Source of the DNA: Hyalangium minutum
Lineage (GTDB): Bacteria; Myxococcota; Myxococcia; Myxococcales; Myxococcaceae
Length of the DNA: 64,000 bases
Assembly: GCF_000737315.1 (NCBI RefSeq)
Contig: NZ_JMCB01000003.1
Location: 153,394 to 217,393 of the forward strand
Direction of reading: 5' to 3'
Shown piece after piece: positions 18,997 to 28,821 of this stretch. Numbering within the stretch: position 1 is the first letter of the stretch; each line of letters starts with the position of its first letter. The position numbers were made by a program, and so were the translations under genes. Under the pieces are notes generated by a model. That model was not told the DNA's origin, did no database searches, and saw nothing but the letters and a program-made list of their open reading frames with translations.

Positions 18997-20333
18997 GCAC
19001 TCAGCCGAGTTCCGGTTTCCGCGCGGAGTACGCCTGCAGCGAGGGCTGCGGCTTCCGCGCATCCTTGTGGGAAGTCATCTACCGCTGCCCGAAGTGCGGC
19101 TCGCTGCTGGAGGTGGCGCACGATCTGGAGGCGCTGCGCTCGGTGCCGGCGGCGGAGTGGAAGCGCCGCTTCGAGTCACGGTTCGGGTCCGCGCGGCTGC
19201 CGAATGCCTCGGGCGTGTGGGGCAAGCACGAGTGGGTGTGCCCCGAGCTGCCCGTGGAGGACATCGTCTCGCTGGGCGAGGGCCGGGTGCCGCTCATGCC
19301 GCTGCGGCGGATGGCCTCCGAGCTGGGGCTGGCGAGCCTGGAGCTCAAGGAGTGCGGCGTCTCGCCGACGGGGAGCTTCAAGGACTGGGGCATGACGGTG
19401 CTGGTGTCCGCGGTGAAGCACCTGCGGGCCCGGGGCGTGCCCATCCGCGCGGTGGCATGCGCGTCCACGGGAGACACCTCGGCGGCGCTGTCCGCGTACG
19501 CGGCGGCGGCGGGGATCCCCTCGGTGGTGTTCCTGCCCAAGGACAAGGTGTCGCTGGCACAGCTGGTGCAGCCCATCGCCAACGGGGCGAAGGTGCTCTC
19601 GCTGGACACGGACTTCGACGGCTGCATGAAGCTGGTGCAGCAGGTGACGGAGGACCGGGGGCTGTATCTGGCCAACTCGATGAACTCGCTGCGCATCGAG
19701 GGCCAGAAAGTGGTCGCCATGGAGCTGTGCCAGGACCTGGACTGGGAGCCGCCGGACTGGGTGGTGATCCCTGGCGGCAACCTGGGCAACGCGAGCGCCC
19801 TGGGCAAGGGCTTCCAGATGCTGAAGGCCATGGGGCTGATCTCCCGGCTGCCGCGGATCGCGGTGGCGCAGGCGCAGCGGGCCAACCCGCTGTTCCGGGC
19901 CTTCCGTGGCGGATTCCAGGAACTGCTGCCGATGAAGGCGGAGAAGACGCTGGCCTCGGCGATCCAGATTGGCAATCCGGTGTCGTTCCGGCGGGCGGTG
20001 CGGACGTTGCAGGCGTTCGACGGGGTGGTGGAGGAGGCCACGGAGTCCGAGCTGGCGAACGCAGCGGCCCGGGCCGATCGCGAGGGCACCTTCACCTGCC
20101 CGCACACGGGCGTGGCGCTGGCGGCGGTGGAGAAGCTGGTGGCCCAAGGGGTGATCGCCAAGGGCTCGCGGGTGGCGGTGGTGTCCACGGCGCACGGACT
20201 GAAGTTCGCGGACTTCAAGGTGGGGTACCACCGGGGCACGCTGGCGGACGTGGAGAGCCGGCGGGCCAATCCCCCAGTGGAGCTGCCGGCGGAGCTGGGG
20301 GCAGTCCGCAAGGCCCTGGAATCTCTGGGTTAG
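18993..20333 (+). CDS. thrC: threonine synthase
   Basis: PLP-lysine context SFKDWGMTV; N-terminal zinc-ribbon CPKCGS typical of long-form ThrC. Confidence 0.9.
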   Translation: MSTQPSSGFRAEYACSEGCGFRASLWEVIYRCPKCGSLLEVAHDLEALRSVPAAEWKRRFESRFGSARLPNASGVWGKHEWVCPELPVEDIVSLGEGRVPLMPLRRMASELGLASLELKECGVSPTGSFKDWGMTVLVSAVKHLRARGVPIRAVACASTGDTSAALSAYAAAAGIPSVVFLPKDKVSLAQLVQPIANGAKVLSLDTDFDGCMKLVQQVTEDRGLYLANSMNSLRIEGQKVVAMELCQDLDWEPPDWVVIPGGNLGNASALGKGFQMLKAMGLISRLPRIAVAQAQRANPLFRAFRGGFQELLPMKAEKTLASAIQIGNPVSFRRAVRTLQAFDGVVEEATESELANAAARADREGTFTCPHTGVALAAVEKLVAQGVIAKGSRVAVVSTAHGLKFADFKVGYHRGTLADVESRRANPPVELPAELGAVRKALESLG

Positions 20334-20408
20334 GGCCGCAGGGAAGGCGGGGCAGGGGCGCGCGGGCGGCTCGACGCCGGGCCGAGGCTGCGCTATGTCC
20401 CCGGCCCC

Positions 20409-20750
20409 GTGAACGCCCCTACCTCCGATGAGTTGCGCTCTCAGCATGAGCGCCTTCAGGCCAGCCTGGCCACGCGCCAGAGCGTCCTGCACTTCGCCCA
20501 CACGGGCGTGTCGATCCTCGTGGCGATGATCCTCTCGGGGGCGGCGGCCAAGCTGTTCTGGGACTCGTCGAAGGTGCCGTACCTGGGCTTCGCGGTGGTC
20601 GCCGTGGTGCTGGGATTGGTGAGCTACAGCGTGGTGCACTACCGCAAGGGGCGCCGGGAACTGGCCGAGGAGCTGAAGCGCTACGGCGATCTGCTGGAGC
20701 TGCGCCGCCAGCTGCAACTGGACAACCCCTCGAAGCTGCTGCCCCGGTGA
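20409..20750 (+). CDS. hypothetical small membrane protein
   Basis: Two TM helices; stop overlaps tmk start. Confidence 0.45.
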   Translation: MNAPTSDELRSQHERLQASLATRQSVLHFAHTGVSILVAMILSGAAAKLFWDSSKVPYLGFAVVAVVLGLVSYSVVHYRKGRRELAEELKRYGDLLELRRQLQLDNPSKLLPR

Positions 20751-21412
20751 GCGCGCTCCGCAGAAAGGCCGCGGGGCGCGGGCGTTTCCTCGTCCTGGAG
20801 GGACTGGACGGCGCGGGGACCACGACGCAAGCCGAGCGGCTTGCGGCGGCCCTGCGCGCGGACGGGCACTCGGTGATGACGACGCGGGAGCCCTCGGATG
20901 GGCCCATTGGGACGCTGATCCGTCAGGCGCTCACGGGGCGATTGGTACTGCCCGGGGGCGCGGGCCCGCTGGCGCAGGAGACGCTGGCGCTGCTCTACGC
21001 GGCGGACCGGACGGATCACCTGAAGGCGAGGGTGCTGCCGGCGCTGGAGGCAGGGCAGATCGTCATCAGCGATCGGTACGTGCTGTCCTCGCTGGCGTAC
21101 CAGGGCGCGAGCTTGTCCATGGCGTGGGTGGAGGCGGCGAACGGGTACGCGGTGCCGCCGGATCTCACGCTGTTCGTGCACGTGTCTCCAGCGGTGGCGG
21201 CACAGCGGCGGGCGGCGCGGGGAGGGGCGAAGGAACTGTTCGAGGAGGACGCGCTCCAGCGGCGGATTGCCCGCCAGTACGAAGAGGCGATCCGCCGGCG
21301 CGAGGCGCAGGAGAAGATCGTCCGGATCGACGGCGAGCAATCCGTGGAGGCCGTGACGGAGGCCTGCCTGGCGGAGATCCGCAAACTGTTCGGGCGCAAG
21401 CGCGCGCGCTGA
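20747..21412 (+). CDS. tmk: thymidylate kinase
   Basis: P-loop-like FLVLEGLDGAGTTTQ, DRY motif ISDRYVLSSLAYQG. Confidence 0.85.
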   Translation: MSALRRKAAGRGRFLVLEGLDGAGTTTQAERLAAALRADGHSVMTTREPSDGPIGTLIRQALTGRLVLPGGAGPLAQETLALLYAADRTDHLKARVLPALEAGQIVISDRYVLSSLAYQGASLSMAWVEAANGYAVPPDLTLFVHVSPAVAAQRRAARGGAKELFEEDALQRRIARQYEEAIRRREAQEKIVRIDGEQSVEAVTEACLAEIRKLFGRKRAR

Positions 21413-21415
21413 GGG

Positions 21416-24133
21416 CTAAGGCAGCCGGAGCTGGAGCACCACGGTGATGTAGGTGGGCCCCACTTTGGTGATCTCGTAGTTCACGGTTCCCTGGTGCCGG
21501 ACGGCGACCCAGAACGAGGTGCCGTCGGCGGAGCTCATCAGTGGCGTGGCCTTGTTGCCCAGCAGATCGCCTCCGTAGGTGAAGAAGTAGGAGGGATCGT
21601 TGATCCGTCCATACTCGAGCCCCGCGTTGTAGCTGGGCCGGACAGAGATCGTCCCCGAGGCCGTCGAGGTGAGGGCGAAGTGGCCGGCCCGCAGGTCGAG
21701 GTTGGAGACTGGTGTCGCGGCCAGCGGCCGCCCGTCCAGCGCATGCTCGGCGAGGAAGTAGGCCTGTGCATTGAACGGCACGTAGCCGTTGCCGATGTCC
21801 AGGTACCCTTCGGTGGGGTGCCAGAGGGAGAGGACCCGATCCGGTCCGAGGACGATCGCCGTGAGGACTCCGCCCCTGACGGTCTGGGTGCCTGTGGGTG
21901 CGCCGTCCTGGAAGAGCGTGAGCGTGGAGAGCGCAACGGTGTTGAAAGGGTTGGGGAGTGCCACGGTCGCGCGCCCGTTCGCCAGGGCGAGCCCCGCAGT
22001 GCCCGCTGCCGCCGCGTCCGCTTGTAAGCCCCGGAAGAGCACACTCCCTGTGGAGTTCCGATAGACGAACAGGTTGAACGCGGAGACGCCCAGCGAGCCG
22101 AAGCCGTTGACGTTCGAGAGCACCAGGCCCGCCGTGTCATCGTTGCCCACGGCGGCGGCCATCAGCTGGGTCCCGGAGGGCACATCGGCGAGGCGCTCCA
22201 GGGCCTGGAAGCTCCCGTTGGCATAGTGGGCGAGGACCAGGACGGGCGCGGAGTTGCTGCCCACCGTGCCGCTGGGGAAGCTCAGAGAGCGATCGGCATA
22301 GAAGAGCGCGGAGGTCGTTCCATTGGACTGGATCCCGATCGCAACAGGGGTCATGGGCACGGTCGCGGCCCACACCTGCCCATTGGCTTCACGGACCGCG
22401 AGCACCTCTCCGGACGGGAGGGTGGCCACCGTGCCGCCGAAGGAGATGTCGCCATTGGTGGTGGCGATGATCGCGACGCGGCCATCGCGGGCGGCGAACC
22501 GGTTCACCCCGACGGTCGATCCATTGGCGGTGGTGATCGGGAGGACGGCAGCCACGGGCGTGTGCCGGAACCGGATAGAGGCCGGGGTCGTGGGGCCTGC
22601 GGGCACGTCGAACCAGATGTATCCATAAAGGGACAAGAAGGGCTCGTAGCCGGGGTATTGCTCCAGCACGCTGCGAGCGTCGGGCTCGAAGAAGAGCTGG
22701 TGGCGTGAGCCGACTGGGAGCTCGACGGTGCAGGTGGAGGTGCAGTCGATGGTGCCATCCGCCGAGCGCACCCTGCCGCCGCCGGTCCCCCCGAAAGTGA
22801 AGGTGATGGTCGTCCGCTCGCGGACGAACTGCGCGTCGGGCGGCCGGATGAAGACGCGATGGCCATCCCACGCGGCGGCGATCGTGCCGTCCGGGCCCAC
22901 AGCGGCAGTGGGGTGATAGAAGGGGTCTGGGCTGGGACTTCCGCCCTCGGGGCCAGACTGCTCGGGGTTGATCAGCTCCGAGCGGAGGCTGCCGTCGCGA
23001 GCCACCTCCGTGAGTGCAAGCGGTGGGTGGCGTCCCTTGTAGAGCCCGTGGACGACTCGCAGGGGCCCATCGTCGCGCGTGGCGATGCGAGGGTAGGCGA
23101 TGGGGCCCAGCTCGTACGAGGTCCAGGCGGTCCCGTCATACACGCCATAGATTCCGCGGCCGCTGATGACGTATCCGCCCAGGCCATCCGGGTTGCTGCC
23201 GATCTCGTCATAGACGTACGTGACGTGGACCTGACCGCGCCCGTCCACTCTCACGCTGCCGCCGAAGCCCGCGGCCACTCCGTCCTTCGGGAGAGGGATG
23301 AGCTCGAAGCCTCCGGCCCGTTGGTAGAAGACCTTCTGGTACGACTCCACGAGCAGCACCAGGTTGCCATTCGCATCCAGGGTGCCGTCCACCATCCGCG
23401 CGGACAGGGGCTCTCCCGTCATCAGGGCTGGCAAGGCCACGCGGCTCCAAGCGCCGGAGTCGCGGCGGTAGAGCTCCACCTCTCCGTTGGTCCTGTTGAC
23501 GAGGACATGAGGCAGGCCGTTGTGCAGGAGCACGCGCATCTCGTAGACGGGGTTGCCCTGTCCGGCGACGCGCTCTTCGGTCCATTCGCTTCGGCCTCCC
23601 AGGGGACGGGAGCGGTAGAAGAGCTCGTAGGAGCTCTGGGCGAGATAGGCGAAGTGGAGGGTGGTCTCATCCACGGCCATGCCCGAGTTGCGGAAGGCGG
23701 GCAGGGGAGACAGCACCGGCTCACACGCGCCCGTGAAGCGGCTGTACGTGGCTGGGGCGATGGGGTTGGAACCACAGGAGAGGCTTCCGCCGCTGACGGA
23801 GGTGGCCGCATGGACACCGCCCCGGGCATCCACCGCCAACGAGGTGGCACCGGAGAGAAATGCGGAGCAAAGCAGTCCCGGCACCTCGAAGTAGCCGTGG
23901 GAGAGGGCGGAGGAAGCGCACGTGGCGGACCAGGAGAAGGAGCGGCTGCCGGAGGTGGCCTGGGTGGACTGGAGCTTGAGTTCTCCTTGGCGAGTGAGTG
24001 CGAGGATGCGCGTGCGCAACTGGGTGCCAGGAGGCGTCTTCGAGTCCCGGATCACGGTCTGTAGCAGCTCGCCGTTGTTCACCTCGAAGGTGGCGATCTG
24101 GGCGGCTTCCCCCAAGGAGCCGCGCGTGCCCAC
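21416..24133 (-). CDS. large hypothetical secreted protein (905 aa); true N-terminus uncertain
   Basis: Long minus-strand ORF with GTG start per ORF track; Gly/Thr/Asn-rich beta-rich composition; an in-frame signal-peptide-like ORF lies just upstream, separated by one TGA (see findings). Confidence 0.6.
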   Translation of the reverse strand: MGTRGSLGEAAQIATFEVNNGELLQTVIRDSKTPPGTQLRTRILALTRQGELKLQSTQATSGSRSFSWSATCASSALSHGYFEVPGLLCSAFLSGATSLAVDARGGVHAATSVSGGSLSCGSNPIAPATYSRFTGACEPVLSPLPAFRNSGMAVDETTLHFAYLAQSSYELFYRSRPLGGRSEWTEERVAGQGNPVYEMRVLLHNGLPHVLVNRTNGEVELYRRDSGAWSRVALPALMTGEPLSARMVDGTLDANGNLVLLVESYQKVFYQRAGGFELIPLPKDGVAAGFGGSVRVDGRGQVHVTYVYDEIGSNPDGLGGYVISGRGIYGVYDGTAWTSYELGPIAYPRIATRDDGPLRVVHGLYKGRHPPLALTEVARDGSLRSELINPEQSGPEGGSPSPDPFYHPTAAVGPDGTIAAAWDGHRVFIRPPDAQFVRERTTITFTFGGTGGGRVRSADGTIDCTSTCTVELPVGSRHQLFFEPDARSVLEQYPGYEPFLSLYGYIWFDVPAGPTTPASIRFRHTPVAAVLPITTANGSTVGVNRFAARDGRVAIIATTNGDISFGGTVATLPSGEVLAVREANGQVWAATVPMTPVAIGIQSNGTTSALFYADRSLSFPSGTVGSNSAPVLVLAHYANGSFQALERLADVPSGTQLMAAAVGNDDTAGLVLSNVNGFGSLGVSAFNLFVYRNSTGSVLFRGLQADAAAAGTAGLALANGRATVALPNPFNTVALSTLTLFQDGAPTGTQTVRGGVLTAIVLGPDRVLSLWHPTEGYLDIGNGYVPFNAQAYFLAEHALDGRPLAATPVSNLDLRAGHFALTSTASGTISVRPSYNAGLEYGRINDPSYFFTYGGDLLGNKATPLMSSADGTSFWVAVRHQGTVNYEITKVGPTYITVVLQLRLP

Positions 24134-24299
24134 ATAGCCGAGCCCTTGCAGTCACAGGCCGAGGCAGCCAGGGAAAGGAGCACACCCAGGAGCAATGAGC
24201 GCAAGAAGGACCTCCTGTTGGGGGGATCTCTTCATAGCACTCTGAGTGCGTCCTGGTGGGAGGTCAGGTACGCTCGTGGTCGCTCATCCGCGAGGGCTC

Positions 24300-24515
24300 A
24301 TGAACCTGCGTGCAAAGCTGGTGCTTGGGGGCCTGTTGGTTGTCGGGACAGGCTGTCCGCATGACTGGATGAAGGGGGGCACCAACGATCGGGCCATGGC
24401 CAAGGACATGCGGGAGATGCTGGAGGATGACGAGGAGTGTCCTGAGGGAAAGACCCTGCGGGCAGATTGCGTGAACACGCTTCCTGACGGTTCCTGCCGG
24501 GTGACATGTCAGTGA
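24300..24515 (+). CDS. small cysteine-containing lipoprotein
   Basis: MNLRAKLVLGGLLVVGTGC lipobox; 71 aa; end overlaps next gene start. Confidence 0.45.
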   Translation: MNLRAKLVLGGLLVVGTGCPHDWMKGGTNDRAMAKDMREMLEDDEECPEGKTLRADCVNTLPDGSCRVTCQ

Positions 24516-25402
24516 GCGGCCGCACGTGGCCGGTATGGGTGGGGGCTCTCCTGCTGCCTGTGCCGCTCGTCTTGTTGGTGAGCCAGGTGTTCCACGCTGG
24601 ATTCAGATCAGGTGGTGCAGGGGATGAGCGCTTCAGCCCCGTGCTGTCTCTGGAAGAGAAACGAAGACTGCTGACCTTCGATCACACCTGCCAAGGCAGC
24701 GAAGATTGCGAGTCCCCCCTCGGCTGCCTTCAGGATTTCAGGCGATTCAATCTGAGCGTGTGCATCAGCAGTGAGTGTGAAGTGGATACCCAATGTCCTG
24801 AGGGCCAAGCGTGCAGAGCATTCAAGACGCAAGGGGACGGACCTCTGGTTCGCTTGTGTGTAGCAACAGGCACACGCAGGGAAGGCCAGGGCTGCAGCCG
24901 TCTCCCCAACAGGCAGGATCAAGCTTGTGAGCAGGGACTGCTCTGCAACAAGGGGTACTGCGGGCGACCGTGCCAGCCAGGAACCTCGGACGGCTGCCCG
25001 AACGGTTTCGTCTGCGGGGAAGGTCCTGAGTTCGCTTCGTGCCTGCCTGCATGCGAGGAGGGGCAGTGCCCTCAGGGACAAGAATGCGTTCCCTTCGAGG
25101 GGCGTTTCGCGGTCTGTGCCCGAGTGGTTGGAGACAACTGCAGGAGGGCTCCGTGTCCTCAGGGCCAGGAGTGCCGGATCGGTCAAGCCCCAGGGGAGGG
25201 GGACAGAGTGACGATGGAATGCCTCACTCCGTGCGACGCTCGGGAGCGCCCATGCCCAGCGGGTTCTGCTTGCTTCTTTGGGTACTGTGGACGCGTTTGC
25301 GATCCGAAGAGTGAGGGGGCTTGCGGTCCACGTGAGTTCTGCAACCTGCACATGAACCCCACCTCCCGCGAGAAGTTCTGGTTCTGCAGCCCCCAGCAGT
25401 AG
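24506..25402 (+). CDS. cysteine-rich repeat protein (Myxococcus-type C-P-x-G-Q-x-C repeats)
   Basis: N-terminal TM/signal anchor; repeated CPEGQAC, CPNGFVC, CPQGQEC, CPQGQEC, CPAGSAC motifs. Confidence 0.65.
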   Translation: MSVSGRTWPVWVGALLLPVPLVLLVSQVFHAGFRSGGAGDERFSPVLSLEEKRRLLTFDHTCQGSEDCESPLGCLQDFRRFNLSVCISSECEVDTQCPEGQACRAFKTQGDGPLVRLCVATGTRREGQGCSRLPNRQDQACEQGLLCNKGYCGRPCQPGTSDGCPNGFVCGEGPEFASCLPACEEGQCPQGQECVPFEGRFAVCARVVGDNCRRAPCPQGQECRIGQAPGEGDRVTMECLTPCDARERPCPAGSACFFGYCGRVCDPKSEGACGPREFCNLHMNPTSREKFWFCSPQQ

Positions 25403-25408
25403 AGTCTG

Positions 25409-26146
25409 GTGCCCATGGAGCGCACAGGAGCAGCGGCGGTCATCATCGGCAACGAGGTCCTCACCGCGAAGGTGGTGGACGCCAACGGGCCCCACCTCAT
25501 CCGGAGGCTGAGGGAGACGGGCATTCCGCTGCGCTCGGTAGAGATCGTCACGGACGACGTGGATGCCATCGTCGACGCGGTGGTGCGGGCTCGTTCCCGG
25601 GCGGAGTACGTCTTCACCAGCGGAGGCATTGGTCCCACGCATGATGACGTCACGGTGCGCGCGGTGGCGCTGGCGATGGGGCGCGAAGTGGTGCGGTTGC
25701 CGGAGATGGTGGAGCTCATCCGCAACCGATACGATTCTGTGACCGGCGAGGCCATGCGTCTGGCGGACGCGCCTGAAGGCACAGTGCTGCTTCATCAAGA
25801 GGGTAGCTGGTTCCCCGTACTGACGGTGGACAAGGTTTTCCTGCTACCGGGGGTGCCGCAGCTCTTCCGGCTCCAGTTGGAGACGGTGCTGAAGCAACTT
25901 CAAGGGACTCCGGTGTTCCTGCGCTGCCTCTACCTGCGGCTGGGCGAGAGCACCATCGCCGCGGTACTAGACCGGGTGGCGCTAGACATGCCGCACGTTG
26001 CCATCGGCTCCTACCCGGTGTTTGACGCGGAGCTGGACTACCGGGTCAAGGTGACGATCGAAGCCGCCGAGCTGGCGCAGGTGGAGGAGGCGCTGGCTCG
26101 CATCCGAGTCGGGCTGCCTGCGGACGCGGTGGTGAGAGCGGAGTAA
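25409..26146 (+). CDS. CinA-like/MoCF-biosynthesis (MogA/MoaB-fold) domain protein
   Basis: AAVIIGNEVLTAKVVDANG...FTSGGIGPTHDDVT matches molybdopterin-binding/CinA N-domain. Confidence 0.75.
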   Translation: MPMERTGAAAVIIGNEVLTAKVVDANGPHLIRRLRETGIPLRSVEIVTDDVDAIVDAVVRARSRAEYVFTSGGIGPTHDDVTVRAVALAMGREVVRLPEMVELIRNRYDSVTGEAMRLADAPEGTVLLHQEGSWFPVLTVDKVFLLPGVPQLFRLQLETVLKQLQGTPVFLRCLYLRLGESTIAAVLDRVALDMPHVAIGSYPVFDAELDYRVKVTIEAAELAQVEEALARIRVGLPADAVVRAE

Positions 26147-26159
26147 GCAACACAGTCTT

Positions 26160-27842
26160 CTACCGGCGTTTCTTGAGCCAGCGGGTCACGCTGACCTTCC
26201 GGAACCGGCTGCCGAACAGGTACCAGGTGAACGCGCCCCCTGCGAGCGCTGCTGCGAGGGCAATGGCCACGATGCCCAACACCGGCACACCGTCGTACAT
26301 CCACGGCTTCGGCGCGAACGCAATGAATGTGCCCACAATGAACCCGCAGGCGCACAAGCCCAGGAACGCGATGATGGCCAGCGTCCGCAGGTTCTCGTTC
26401 AGCTTGTCGAACTGATCCTCGCGCAGCGTCACCGTGAACTTCCCGGCCTCCAGATCCAGCAGGATCTGCGAGAGCTGCGTCGGCAGGTCCGTGGCCAGCG
26501 ACTGGAACCGCAGCAGCGTCTTCATCAAGCCGCCCTGTAGCTGGCTCGGATCGTACCGCCCCGCCAGAAGTTCCTTCGCGTACGGCAGCACCACCTCGAG
26601 GATGTTCATCTCAGGGTACAGGCTCCGGAGCATGCCCTCCGTCGACACCGACGCCCGGCTCAGCAGCGCGTACTCCTTCGGAATCCGGATCTTGTACTTC
26701 ACCGCCAGGTCCAGCAGGTCTCTCAGCAGCGTCCGCGCGTCCACCTGTCCCAGCGTCGTCGGCAGGTGCTGACCCAGGATGCCCTCGATGTCGTTGCGGA
26801 ACCCCACGAGGTTCGCTCGCGAGTCCGGCACCCCCATCCGGTACAGGATGCGCGCCACCGAGTCGCTGTCCTTCAGCGCCACCGCCAGGCACAGCATCAC
26901 CAGCGTCTCCTGCATCGGCTTCGTCAGCCGTCCCACCACCCCGAAGTCCAGCAGCGCCAGCCGGTTCCCCTCCAGCAGCAGGAGATTTCCCGGGTGCGGA
27001 TCCCCATGGAAGAGGCCGTCGTCGAACAGCTGCCGGAAGCTCGCCTCGATGATGTGCTTCGCGAGTTCTTTCCGTTCGTCCTCGGACAGCTTCGCCTGGC
27101 TGATCTTCACCCCGCGGATGAACTCCAGCGTCAGCACCTTCCGGCTCGACAGCTCGTCGTACACCCGGGGGATCTTCAGGTACGGCCGGTCCTCGTGGTT
27201 CGCCAGGAACGCCCGGATGTTCGAGGCCTCGTTCACGAAGTCCAGTTCCTCGTGAATCGCCTTGTCGAACTCGTCCACGATGCCCGTCGGCGTGTAGACG
27301 CCTGTCTCCTCGATGACCGCCTCCAGCAGGCGCGCCAGCGAGCGCAGCACCGTGAGATCCGAGTCGATCCGCTGCGAGATCCCCGGCCGCTGTACCTTCA
27401 CCACCACCTCGTCCCCCGACAGCGTCACGGCTCGATGCACCTGGGCGATCGAGGCCGCCGCCAGCGGGACGGGATCGATCGTCGCGAACAGGTCCTGCAC
27501 CTCCTTGCCCAGGGACTCGCGGATCTGCTCGTGCACCTGCTCCAGCGGGATGGGCTCCACTTGATCCTGCAGCAGGGACAGCTCATCCACGAACTCGGCC
27601 GGCAGCAGGTCTCCGCGCGTGGACAGGATCTGCCCCAACTTCACGAACGTGGGGCCCAGATCGTTGAGCATCATCCGGAAGCGCCGCGCCGTCGACGCTC
27701 GCTGCGTTTCCGGCGACACCTCCACCTTCTCCCGGCGGCCCAGCATGCGCCACAGCCCGGCACGCTCTGCCACATCGGCGAAGCCAAACCGCGCCGCGAT
27801 GACGGCGATCTGACGGACTCGATTGAGGTCCTGGAGGATCAC
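26160..27842 (-). CDS. ubiB: ABC1/UbiB-family atypical kinase
   Basis: ABC1 motifs ...LGPTFVKLGQILSTRGDLLP...AAASIAQVH...HGDPHPGNLL...; two C-terminal TM helices. Confidence 0.8.
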   Translation of the reverse strand: MILQDLNRVRQIAVIAARFGFADVAERAGLWRMLGRREKVEVSPETQRASTARRFRMMLNDLGPTFVKLGQILSTRGDLLPAEFVDELSLLQDQVEPIPLEQVHEQIRESLGKEVQDLFATIDPVPLAAASIAQVHRAVTLSGDEVVVKVQRPGISQRIDSDLTVLRSLARLLEAVIEETGVYTPTGIVDEFDKAIHEELDFVNEASNIRAFLANHEDRPYLKIPRVYDELSSRKVLTLEFIRGVKISQAKLSEDERKELAKHIIEASFRQLFDDGLFHGDPHPGNLLLLEGNRLALLDFGVVGRLTKPMQETLVMLCLAVALKDSDSVARILYRMGVPDSRANLVGFRNDIEGILGQHLPTTLGQVDARTLLRDLLDLAVKYKIRIPKEYALLSRASVSTEGMLRSLYPEMNILEVVLPYAKELLAGRYDPSQLQGGLMKTLLRFQSLATDLPTQLSQILLDLEAGKFTVTLREDQFDKLNENLRTLAIIAFLGLCACGFIVGTFIAFAPKPWMYDGVPVLGIVAIALAAALAGGAFTWYLFGSRFRKVSVTRWLKKRR

Positions 27843-28155
27843 GCGCCGTGCACCTTCCCACGGGCTCGCAGCGCCCGCAAACGGTCAGATTCACACAGGG
27901 CAGGCGAGTGCGCGGAATTGCTCAACGGCTACCGGTTCACAGCGGGCTCCAGGTACGGGGCACCCCAGTCTGGGCTCACAGGTCGCGGGCCCCTCGGCTC
28001 GGCGCGGGTCCCCCCGTCAGCGGACGGGTCCTCCCGCGCCGGCCGTCCCGCTCTCCCTCGGTCCACGGGATGTGGGCACACCGTTGTTCCGGAGTGGCCG
28101 CGTTCCTACCATGGCCCCCTGGGCTCCCGGCTGTACGGAAGGACGGCACGCAACG

Positions 28156-28821
28156 ATGCGGTGGCTCTCGTGGCTCACTCAGCACCAGCTCGGACGGCTC
28201 GTCTCCGCCGTTGCCATCATTTTTGCCAGCATCCGCTGCTACGCCTGGCTCAACCGCCTCCTGCCGCCTCGCTTCGACTTCACCACACCCCTCGACACCG
28301 CCATCCCGTTCCTGCCCTGGACCTATCACCTGTACTGGAGCTTCTTCCTGCTCCTCCTCGTCGCGGCCTGGCAGCTTCGCTCCGATGAGTACGCCCGGAG
28401 TCTGCGGGCTGTCCTCTGGGTCGTCCTCGTCTGCTTCTCCGGCTTCGTTCTCTTCTCTGCCCACTACCCACGCCCAGACGTCGACACCATCGCCTCCCCG
28501 TTCTGGCGCGAGGAGTTCCGGTGGATGTGGGGCCATGACAAGCCCGGCAACACCTTCCCCAGCCTTCATGTGGCCATCACCGTCCTCGGCACCCGCATCC
28601 TCTGGCGCCGCAGGAGGAGCCTCCTCTGGATCCTGTGGGCCACGATCATCTGCCTCTCCACTCTGACCGTGAAGCAGCACTTCATCGTGGATGTCCTCGG
28701 CGGGGCCCTGGTGGGCCTCGCCGTCCATACGCGGGTGTTCCGAGAGAAGGCTTCGTCACCCGATCAGGCTGGCGAGGGCGCCGCCACCTTCGGCGCAGGG
28801 CCGAAGCGCAGCAGCAGGTAG
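28156..28821 (+). CDS. PAP2-family phosphatase (membrane)
   Basis: PAP2 motifs ...PSLH... and ...FIVDVLGG...; multiple TM helices; 3' end overlaps convergent nhaA by about 58 bp. Confidence 0.65.
   Translation: MRWLSWLTQHQLGRLVSAVAIIFASIRCYAWLNRLLPPRFDFTTPLDTAIPFLPWTYHLYWSFFLLLLVAAWQLRSDEYARSLRAVLWVVLVCFSGFVLFSAHYPRPDVDTIASPFWREEFRWMWGHDKPGNTFPSLHVAITVLGTRILWRRRRSLLWILWATIICLSTLTVKQHFIVDVLGGALVGLAVHTRVFREKASSPDQAGEGAATFGAGPKRSSR

Noticed and set aside
24152-24154. In-frame TGA upstream of the large secreted protein as a selenocysteine codon
   Set aside because: It is not in a redox motif, no GGUC-loop hairpin lies downstream, and the context is a signal peptide. Mutation, sequencing error or an internal start are more likely.
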